A stretch of 64,000 nt of DNA. Origin: an uncultured Acidobacteriota bacterium (GTDB taxonomy: Bacteria; Acidobacteriota; Thermoanaerobaculia; Gp7-AA8). The stretch spans positions 256,001 to 320,000 of the forward strand of contig CAVUKB010000001.1 in NCBI GenBank assembly GCA_963741955.1. The letters are read 5' to 3'. Position numbers and translations under genes: made by a program. Below are positions 20,525 through 27,808 of this stretch, piece after piece. Under the pieces are notes generated by a model that saw nothing but the letters and a program-made list of their open reading frames with translations, made no database searches and was not told the DNA's origin. Each line of letters begins with the position of its first letter. The stretch's first letter is position 1.

Positions 20525-20540
20525 AGCACGAACTGTGCCG
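20525..20540 (-). promoter_or_regulatory. Putative sigma54 (-24/-12) promoter upstream of gvpJ-gvpA
   Basis: CGGCACAGTTCGTGCT (GG-N10-GC), 120 bp before the start. Confidence 0.45.
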
Positions 20541-20589
20541 TATTCAGGACGAGCAAGTGCCAGGCTCGCCGCTCCGGAGTGAGAATCTG

Positions 20590-20641
20590 GCCCGGATTAT
20601 TCACGGCATTCCGTCCCGGAAGTCCCGTGAATAATCCGGGC
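20590..20641. repeat. Perfect 17-bp inverted repeat (mini-MITE/REP-like)
   Basis: GCCCGGATTATTCACGG-18 nt-CCGTGAATAATCCGGGC; near-identical right arm at 31397-31412. Confidence 0.8.
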
Positions 20642-20674
20642 TGCTTCTGATTCGCCTGATAAGCTGCGCCGCTC

Positions 20675-21211
20675 ATGGGAACCATCATAGGAGTCATATC
20701 GGATACCCACGGATTGCTCGATCCGGAGGTCGACGTCATTTTCGAGAAAGTCGACTGGATCATTCATGCCGGAGACATCGGAGACGGGAAAGTCCTCGAG
20801 CACCTGAAGACGCTCGCGCCGCTCACGGCGGTGGCCGGAAACGTCGACGGATTCAGCCTCGGAGATGCCGGAGAGACGGCGCGGGTGACTCTCGACGGGC
20901 TCAGGTTTTTCGTGACCCACGTGATCGACCGGCCGAACCGTCTGACGCGCGAAGTCACGGTCGCGCTAGCCTCGGATCCGGCCGACGTCGTCATCTTCGG
21001 ACACAGCCATCTTCCGCACGACGAGCGGATCGGAAGAGCTCTCTTCTTCAATCCTGCGAGCGCAGGGCCGAGGCGTTTCGATTACCCGAGAGCGGTAGGG
21101 CTGATCGAAATCGACGGCGGCGTGGCGCGCGGTCGTCACGTCGCGCTCGACGCCGAATCGGAAGCTGCACTCGAGAAGTACATGAACGCTCTGTCGCACA
21201 CGCGGAGATGA
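20675..21211 (+). CDS. YfcE/MJ0936-family metallophosphoesterase
   Basis: SDTHG, HAGD, GNVD, GHSH, FNPAS. Confidence 0.9.
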   Translation: MGTIIGVISDTHGLLDPEVDVIFEKVDWIIHAGDIGDGKVLEHLKTLAPLTAVAGNVDGFSLGDAGETARVTLDGLRFFVTHVIDRPNRLTREVTVALASDPADVVIFGHSHLPHDERIGRALFFNPASAGPRRFDYPRAVGLIEIDGGVARGRHVALDAESEAALEKYMNALSHTRR

Positions 21212-21300
21212 TTCCCAGGGTGACGCCCTGGGCTGCGGGTGTGCACGTCCGCTTCGCGGAGTGGGGACGATTCGTGGTGCGCGTGTCGCGATTCCTCCAG

Positions 21301-21642
21301 TCAGTCGAACGTCTTGATCGGCCCGAGGGAAAGAGAGAGATCGTCGTCGGTGAGGTCGAAGATCTCCTTCATCTCTTCCATTTTCTCTTCGAGTTTCATC
21401 AGAGAGAGTCCCAGGCGCTCGATCTCTTCCTCGTTGAGGTTCCCGCTGTCCATCCTGCGGAGCGCCTGCCGTTCGAGAAGACGTCGAATCAGCTCGATCA
21501 GCGAGAGGACGAGGCGCGCGAGGCCGTTCTCCACCGAGTCGGAGTCTGCCTGAATTCGTTCCGGAATGACATTCGTGGTGAGATCGAGCGCATTCCGAAG
21601 CTCGTCCTCCCGGTTTGCGACGAAGAGCCGCTGATCACTCAT
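21301..21642 (-). CDS. gvpK: Gas vesicle protein K
   Basis: VENGLARLVLSLIELIRRLLERQALRRMDSGNL...IERLG...DLSLSLGP. Confidence 0.92.
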   Translation of the reverse strand: MSDQRLFVANREDELRNALDLTTNVIPERIQADSDSVENGLARLVLSLIELIRRLLERQALRRMDSGNLNEEEIERLGLSLMKLEEKMEEMKEIFDLTDDDLSLSLGPIKTFD

Positions 21643-22282
21643 CGGTGAACACCTCCAGAGGCCAGGGGCCGGAGACGAGGAACGGGGTGGCGGGAAATTT
21701 TCGGCGAAGCTCCTCGGCAGCCGCCGCGATCTCTCCCTGCTGTTCCCGTGGAACGAGGATCGCGAGCTCTTCGCTGCCGTCGTGACGCTCGACCCAACGA
21801 AACCCCGAGGCATGAGAACCGAGGAGCCGTCCCGCTGTCTCCCGGAACTGTGGATCCGTGGCGGGTTGGCGCATCCGATGAAGTTCGCGAAGGTAATCCG
21901 CTCCACGAGTGAAATTTCGCCGGTCGGGGCGCGAAACGGTTCCCGAACCGGCGCGGAGGGTGAACTCGACCTCTCCGGGGTACCGCTCGAGCAGCGATCG
22001 CCACGAGGGAGCGGACGCCCCGAACTTTGCAACCGCCTCCGCCTGATCCGCGAAAACGGCTCCGTAACGTACGGCGATGAACGTCGAATGCTCGAGGAGC
22101 GCCGCGCGGGCCGTGATGGCGCGGGTGAGAACGTCGCGCGATGCGGTGTTCTCCTCCTCACCGATCGCAATGCCGCTGACGAAGACGCCGGCAACGTCGA
22201 ACACCTTCACTCCGTCGACGCCGGCGGTGTCGGACGCGGACTGGTGGATGCCGATTGCGAGGTAGCGCTCACGATTTCTCAT
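21635..22282 (-). CDS. Divergent GvpL/GvpF-family protein
   Basis: FIAVRYGAVF, VEFTLR, C-terminal SGPWPLEVF; overlaps both neighbours. Confidence 0.75.
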   Translation of the reverse strand: MRNRERYLAIGIHQSASDTAGVDGVKVFDVAGVFVSGIAIGEEENTASRDVLTRAITARAALLEHSTFIAVRYGAVFADQAEAVAKFGASAPSWRSLLERYPGEVEFTLRAGSGTVSRPDRRNFTRGADYLRELHRMRQPATDPQFRETAGRLLGSHASGFRWVERHDGSEELAILVPREQQGEIAAAAEELRRKFPATPFLVSGPWPLEVFTDE

Positions 22283-22487
22283 CGGCGTCCCGGGAATCGA
22301 TCTGCGGTGGTTTCTTCCGGTTTCCGGTGATGGTGTCGACGCTCGCAAGAACCACATTCAACCCGAGGTAGAGGAGGTCGATGTCGCCGATGGAGACGAT
22401 CGCCTGGCCGGAGATGACCACTCCCCGGTCGAGGAGGTGATCGAGGGTGTCCAGAAGGGTCAGGTCTCTCGTTTCGTTGTCGTTCAT
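22269..22487 (-). CDS. Short GvpA-family paralog (GvpS/GvpM-like)
   Basis: TLLDTLDHLLDRGVVISGQAIVSIGDIDLLYLGLNVVLASVDT; GGAG RBS, ATGA overlap. Confidence 0.85.
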   Translation of the reverse strand: MNDNETRDLTLLDTLDHLLDRGVVISGQAIVSIGDIDLLYLGLNVVLASVDTITGNRKKPPQIDSRDADEKS

Positions 22488-25132
22488 CGAATCTCCGAGG
22501 TGAAGCTGTACGAGGGCCAGGGGCCGGTGAGCGACAATGTAATTCCGTCGGGCTCGTAGCGGCCGGCCATCTCCTTCAGAACCGACTCGAGTTGCGGAGC
22601 TCCGTCCCGCGGCACGAGGAGATCTATCTGAGGAAACGATCCGGCGCGCTGCTGTCGCGATTCGATGACCATGGGAGCGTTGAGACGTCGATCCAGTTCG
22701 GTGGCGATCTCCTCCACCACGGCCTGTTCCGCCTCCTCCGCCGCGTTCTTCCGTTCTTCGGCCGCCTTCTTCTTCAGCAGATAGGCCTTCCCTGCCGGAG
22801 CGGCGGCGATCTCTCCCTCCAGATCGGAGAGTGAGGGCACGCGTCTGCCGAGGGCGGCGTTCCACTTCTCGGGGTCGAATTCGATCCGCACCGTCCACTC
22901 CTGCCGTCCTTCGATTCTCTGCAGGAGGGCGAGGATCTCTTCGTGCTGCTCGCGCAGAAACTTCCGCACGCTCTCTTCGGAGGTGAAGAGCGTGAACGCG
23001 CGAAGCGGCACGACGTCGCCGGCCGCCGAGAGGGCGTCGAGGACTCCCTCGTGTCGAAATGCGATTCGCTCGATCCACTCCATGTCGGCAGCACGGCGAT
23101 CGATCTCTTCCTGAGTGAACTCTGCTGCAGGGACCACGCTGCAGATCGAGGTCAGACCGGCTTCGGTGAGGAAGCGAAACTCCCCCTCGAAATGGATGGG
23201 GTGGACTCCGTCGAGCACCGACGGATCGGTCTCGCGCGCAACGGCATAGAGATAAACGCTCCAATCACTCATTTCGAGGGGAGTTTGACGCAACGGCACG
23301 AGCTCGCGCAAATCGGACTCGTCGACCGGAGGCGAACCGCGGCGGGAAACGATGGTCAATGGACGCTCGAGAGCAGCGATCGTCGCGAGCTGAAACTTCC
23401 TCTCGATGCGGTCGCAGGCGCAGTCGCTTTCCTGGAGGACGGAGTTCGCGACGACGGCGCGGACGTCGAGCCCGTGAGCGTCGAGCGCCTCCAGCAGGCG
23501 CCTGGTTTCGGCGACTACGATCCGCTCGGGACGAAAGACGACCACGGCGCTGGCTCTCGGCGAGTGGAGGAGCTTTTCGAACTCCTTGAGCGAGCGTGAC
23601 GCCTCGAGGAGCCGCTCGCCGAGAGTTCCGGGGGGGATCAGCTCGCGGTAGCGGAGGAGCAGCCGCATGAACTCGCGAACCCATTCGCCCGCGGTGGAAG
23701 GAAGCTCCAGGAGCCTCAGGAAGTGGCCGGTGGGAGCGGTATCGACGAAGACTGTTGCGTCGGCCGCCGCGAGGTCTGCGAGGCGCATGATCGCGAAGAT
23801 CTCATCGGCGCCGGGGGGAGCGGCGTCGAACAGTTCTTCCGTGACCCGTGCGTCGTACGCGAGGGAGAGCCCCTTCGGGGTCATGGAGCCGATGGCGCGG
23901 GAGATCTCCTCGCCCATGGTCTCGCGCAGCTCGTTCCATCTGGAACGGCTGTCGAGAATCTCGACATCGAGATTCGCGGGTGGAGTGATGCGCTCGAAGA
24001 CGTCGCGGAGAGAATGCGCGGGATCCACCGAGAGAATGGTGAACCGCCGCTCGGGGAAGAGCGAAGCCATCTGGAGGGCGACCGACGACGAGACGGTCGT
24101 CTTCCCGACTCCTCCTTTTCCGGCGAAGAAGAGGAGACGCAGAGCTGTGTCCACTTCGATCGGATGGGATTCTTCGACGCGTCCGGAGCGGGCCGGAGGA
24201 GATGCGGTCTCGCCGTTCAGGTATCTCCGCAGATCCCGGGCGGATGCCATCGGCGAGCACGATCGCGGCGCCTCGACGACGGGCACGGGTTCCATCGATT
24301 TCACGGCACGCTTCGCGGCGCGCCGGGCATCGCGGCACGACGCGCAGTCGCAGCCGTGAGGCGCGCGATTCAGAACGGCGAACGGGACCGAGATGCCGAG
24401 CTCACTCACCTCGCGGATGAGTCGCCCGGTCTGTTCGACCACCCACGGCTCCGCGAGAACGACGGGAACGAACGCCGACTCGGCAGGGTCCTGAAGAAGC
24501 CGGAGATGCTTTTCCGCCTGACCGCGGAAGGATGCGAGAAACTCGTCCAGTGCATCCCGGACCCTGCGACGCGAGAGCTGGTAGACGATCTCCGAGTGCT
24601 TCTCCTGCATCGTTTCGAGAACGTCGGACAGCTGTTCGAAGTGGCGCCATGAACCGAGCATCCGAAGGGTGTGTCCGGTCGGTGCAGTATCGACCACCAG
24701 AAGCGATGAGGAGCTCGAAGCGAGATCCCCGATCCGGAGCCACGCCATCAGCTCGTCGACGCCGGGGAGGGCGAGCTCGAAGAATCGTTCGAGCTCGTCA
24801 CGGTCGAGATAGGTACCACGCTCGCCTGCTTCGAGGAACTGAGCGAGATTCCGATCGAGGAACTCACGATACAGCCGCTTCGCGTCGAGCTCTTCGACCG
24901 TGATCCGCCGAGGAGGGCGGGAAAAGAAATCGCCGAGGTTGGAGGCGGGATCGGTGGTGAAGAGGGTGACCGGACGCCGGGTCGAGTAGTGGATGGCGGC
25001 GAGAGAGGCGAGAGTCGTCTTGCCGACTCCACCTTTTCCTCCGAAGAGGACGACCTGTCTGGAAGCGAGCGAGTCGAGGCGTTCGGCGAGGATCTCGACG
25101 AGGCGGGGGAGCGAGGCGGAACCTTGATTCAT
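22484..25132 (-). CDS. Tandem Get3/ArsA-family ATPase fused to a C-terminal GvpL/GvpF domain
   Basis: Two GKGGVGKTT, two D-P-A and two DTAPTGH motifs, then VYLYAV...HEGVL...VVPLR...TGPWPSYSF in one open frame. Confidence 0.85.
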   Translation of the reverse strand: MNQGSASLPRLVEILAERLDSLASRQVVLFGGKGGVGKTTLASLAAIHYSTRRPVTLFTTDPASNLGDFFSRPPRRITVEELDAKRLYREFLDRNLAQFLEAGERGTYLDRDELERFFELALPGVDELMAWLRIGDLASSSSSLLVVDTAPTGHTLRMLGSWRHFEQLSDVLETMQEKHSEIVYQLSRRRVRDALDEFLASFRGQAEKHLRLLQDPAESAFVPVVLAEPWVVEQTGRLIREVSELGISVPFAVLNRAPHGCDCASCRDARRAAKRAVKSMEPVPVVEAPRSCSPMASARDLRRYLNGETASPPARSGRVEESHPIEVDTALRLLFFAGKGGVGKTTVSSSVALQMASLFPERRFTILSVDPAHSLRDVFERITPPANLDVEILDSRSRWNELRETMGEEISRAIGSMTPKGLSLAYDARVTEELFDAAPPGADEIFAIMRLADLAAADATVFVDTAPTGHFLRLLELPSTAGEWVREFMRLLLRYRELIPPGTLGERLLEASRSLKEFEKLLHSPRASAVVVFRPERIVVAETRRLLEALDAHGLDVRAVVANSVLQESDCACDRIERKFQLATIAALERPLTIVSRRGSPPVDESDLRELVPLRQTPLEMSDWSVYLYAVARETDPSVLDGVHPIHFEGEFRFLTEAGLTSICSVVPAAEFTQEEIDRRAADMEWIERIAFRHEGVLDALSAAGDVVPLRAFTLFTSEESVRKFLREQHEEILALLQRIEGRQEWTVRIEFDPEKWNAALGRRVPSLSDLEGEIAAAPAGKAYLLKKKAAEERKNAAEEAEQAVVEEIATELDRRLNAPMVIESRQQRAGSFPQIDLLVPRDGAPQLESVLKEMAGRYEPDGITLSLTGPWPSYSFTSEIR

Positions 25133-25446
25133 TCGCCGTAGTCGGTGTGAATTTCGATCACCGGCCCTTCGTCGGCCTCTTCTTCTTCGTACTGGCGGGC
25201 CATCTCTTCGCGCATCTGCCGGATCTCACGGAGTCGCTGGAAGATCACCGCCTCTTCTGCGGTGTATTCCTCTTCGCTGATCTCGCCGATCTCGAGACGC
25301 ATCTGGAGCTCGATCAACCGTTCCTTCCAGACCTGGTCGTTCATCAGCTCGTGATTGGCCATGGTCTGGATCTGCTCGAGGACCCACCGTACGCCGGCAG
25401 CGGGGCCGGTGATGGGGAGGAGAAGGATGTCGTCGATCAGCAGCAT
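25129..25446 (-). CDS. gvpG: Gas vesicle protein G
   Basis: LIDDILLLP...GVRWV...LIELQMRLEIGEISEEEY. Confidence 0.88.
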   Translation of the reverse strand: MLLIDDILLLPITGPAAGVRWVLEQIQTMANHELMNDQVWKERLIELQMRLEIGEISEEEYTAEEAVIFQRLREIRQMREEMARQYEEEEADEGPVIEIHTDYGE

Positions 25447-25464
25447 GTCAGTTCATCGAGAGGC

Positions 25465-25795
25465 ATCGTGGATCGTGGATCGTGGATCGTGGATCGAGGA
25501 TCTGAAAGGCATCGAGGATCGAGGATCGTGGATCGTGGATCTGAAAGGCATCGAGGATCGAGGATCGTGGATCGAGGATCTGAAAGGCATCGAGGATCGA
25601 GGATCGAGGATCGAGGATCTGAAAGGCATCGAGGATCGAGGATCGAGGATCGTGGAGGCATCGAGGATCGAGGATCTGAGAAGCTGGTCCATCGAGGGTG
25701 TCGGGTCGTGCTGCGGATGGTGGCCGTATTGTGATGGCCATCCGACTCGGTGGTCGTCGTTCCGATCCACAATCCACCATCTTCGATCCACGATG
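25465..25795. repeat. GGATCGW heptamer array with four 39-bp higher-order units and a short inverted array
   Basis: TCTGAAAGGCATCGAGGATCG at 25501, 25540, 25579, 25618; reverse-oriented degenerate units at ~25762-25795. Confidence 0.9.
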
Positions 25796-25807
25796 TCCGA
25801 TTGTACC

Positions 25808-26620
25808 TCAGCGGTCCGTGCGCTCCAGACGGAGCCGGATGTTCACGAAGTTGTAGGGGGGCCACGGGCCGGTGTAGAGAAAAGTCAGCCGGTTCTCGTA
25901 CTTGCGGGCGATCTCCGAGACCTGTTCGTCGAAGAGCCTGGTCTTGTCGCGGTCGACCAGGAATGCGGCGTTCAGGATCATCTTCTCGCCGATCGGTTTG
26001 TTCGACCGCGACGCGATCGCCGCGCCGCGGAGTGTCTCGTAGATCTCGGTCACGTAACGGTCCGACTTCTCCTGAAGCGCGGTCTCGACCAGACGACCGA
26101 GCTGCATCCGGGCGAAGTAGCTCTGGCTTGCATTCTGATCCGCTTTGAGCCGTTGAATCTCGTCGTTCTCATTCTCGATCTCGCGGATCACCAGGTCCCG
26201 GTTCCAGTTCACCTTCAGCCCGAACTCGATCTTTCCTTCCATCTTCTCGAGCACTTCCACCAGAGCGTCGTACGTGCCGGCGAGGAACGCCCGGATGTCA
26301 TCCTCGGTGCGGAAGACCGTTCCGAAGCTCATCGGAAGGACGGTGAAATCCTTCATCACCACCTCGTTCACGTGCTCGTGGGCGAGGGCATTGTCCCGGG
26401 TGGGATCGAACACCACCAGAGGACAGTTGGAGACGACCGCGGCGAAGCCCTTGTGGTGGACGGTGAAGACGTCGTCTCCCCGGCCGCCGATGCCGAGATT
26501 GCCGAAGCTCAGCGGCTGATCCGTTTTGATGATGCAGTAGACGTACTTTCCCTGATCGGGCTCGTTCCTGGTGTGGTCCGGTGTGCTGGATTGCTCCTTC
26601 ATCGCCAGTTCTTGCCCCAT
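25808..26620 (-). CDS. gvpF: Gas vesicle protein GvpF/GvpL family
   Basis: KYVYCII, AHEHVNE, TVLPMSFGTVF, KIEFGLK, LNAAFLV, TGPWPPYNFV; start 26620 or 26602. Confidence 0.9.
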   Translation of the reverse strand: MGQELAMKEQSSTPDHTRNEPDQGKYVYCIIKTDQPLSFGNLGIGGRGDDVFTVHHKGFAAVVSNCPLVVFDPTRDNALAHEHVNEVVMKDFTVLPMSFGTVFRTEDDIRAFLAGTYDALVEVLEKMEGKIEFGLKVNWNRDLVIREIENENDEIQRLKADQNASQSYFARMQLGRLVETALQEKSDRYVTEIYETLRGAAIASRSNKPIGEKMILNAAFLVDRDKTRLFDEQVSEIARKYENRLTFLYTGPWPPYNFVNIRLRLERTDR

Positions 26621-26656
26621 ATCCTCAATTCCGGAGGGCTTTATAATACGTTCCGA

Positions 26657-27808
26657 ATGCCTCCGGCCTCCCGATTCAGATCGCAGTTCGACGACTCGAA
26701 GGCCAAGCCGGGTGGAGATGGCGAGCCCGGCTTCACCGTCGTCGCGAAGCGTCTGCAAAATTGGTTCCGGAAATCCGCGCGGGATCTCCCGTGGCGCGGC
26801 CGCTACGATCCGTGGCAGGTCTGGGTCTCGGAGATCATGGCCCAGCAGACGCGCATCGAGGTGGTGGTGGAGTATTTCGACGGTTTCATCGCCCGCTTTC
26901 CGGATGTGCGAAGCCTCGCCGCGGCGACGGTGGACGAAGTTCTCGCGGCCTGGTCGGGGCTCGGATACTACCGGCGTGCGCGACTCCTGCACGCCGGAGC
27001 CGGGAACGTGGTGGAGCGATTCGGAGGTGAGATTCCGTCTGAGCCCGACCTGCTGCGGTCGATCCCGGGCATCGGCCGATACACGGCGGGGGCCATCGCA
27101 TCGATCGCCTTCGGCAAGCCTGCGCCGATCGTGGATGGGAACGTCTCCCGGCTCCTTGGACGCCTCTATCTGATCGATCTCGCACCGGGAAGCGCGCGCG
27201 AGGAGATCGAATGGCGGATCGCATCATCTCTGGTGCAGGTCGCGGAGAGTCCGGGGAGGCTGAATGAAGCTCTGATGGAGATGGGGAGCACGGTCTGCCG
27301 CCGCGTGGCACCGGAGTGTGACGTCTGCGTCCTCGCGGACCTCTGTCGCGCCCGTGCCGCAGCGCGCGTCGACGAGCTTCCGATCCCGCGGGCTCGCCCC
27401 GAGCCGGTCCGTCTCACGATTCCTCTCTTCGTCGTCCAGGACGATGACGGTCGTATTCTCTTCCGCCGCGAAGCGGGTGCGCTGATGCGCTCCATGCTCC
27501 ACCTTCCGCACGGCAATTCTTCACTCCTTCCGTTCTCTTCGAGCGCGTTCGTCCCGGAACGAAGGCTCGGTTCGTTCCGGCACACCATCACTCACCGGCG
27601 AATCGAATTCGAAGTCTGCACGGCGTCACCGACGGGAGAGGTGCGGGAGAGCGCGGGCGAGATGCTCTGGCTGTTTCCGGCGGAGCTCGAAGAGCACGGA
27701 CATCCATCGTACGTCGAGAAAGCTCTGCGCATCTGGGCGGAAGCGCAGAATGGAGAGGCAGCGAACATTCGGAACGCGAATCAGCGAGAGGAGAGAGGGG
27801 AGCGATGA
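26657..27808 (+). CDS. mutY: A/G-specific adenine DNA glycosylase
   Basis: RDLPWR, VWVSEIMAQQT, WSGLGYYRRA, PGIGRYTAGAI, VDGNV, four-Cys Fe-S motif. Confidence 0.95.
   Translation: MPPASRFRSQFDDSKAKPGGDGEPGFTVVAKRLQNWFRKSARDLPWRGRYDPWQVWVSEIMAQQTRIEVVVEYFDGFIARFPDVRSLAAATVDEVLAAWSGLGYYRRARLLHAGAGNVVERFGGEIPSEPDLLRSIPGIGRYTAGAIASIAFGKPAPIVDGNVSRLLGRLYLIDLAPGSAREEIEWRIASSLVQVAESPGRLNEALMEMGSTVCRRVAPECDVCVLADLCRARAAARVDELPIPRARPEPVRLTIPLFVVQDDDGRILFRREAGALMRSMLHLPHGNSSLLPFSSSAFVPERRLGSFRHTITHRRIEFEVCTASPTGEVRESAGEMLWLFPAELEEHGHPSYVEKALRIWAEAQNGEAANIRNANQREERGER

Noticed and set aside
22484-25132. Arsenic-resistance ArsA call
   Set aside because: No metalloid-binding GACT motif, no ars operon, embedded in and fused to gvp genes
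25501-25656. Possible CRISPR array (39-bp periodic repeat)
   Set aside because: Intervening sequences are near-identical heptamers, not unique spacers; no cas genes
25355-26656. Repetitive N-terminal extension (IEDRGS...) on the 817-aa MutY ORF
   Set aside because: Read-through of the heptamer array and antisense gvpF; MutY homology and a TATAAT box point to a start near 26657
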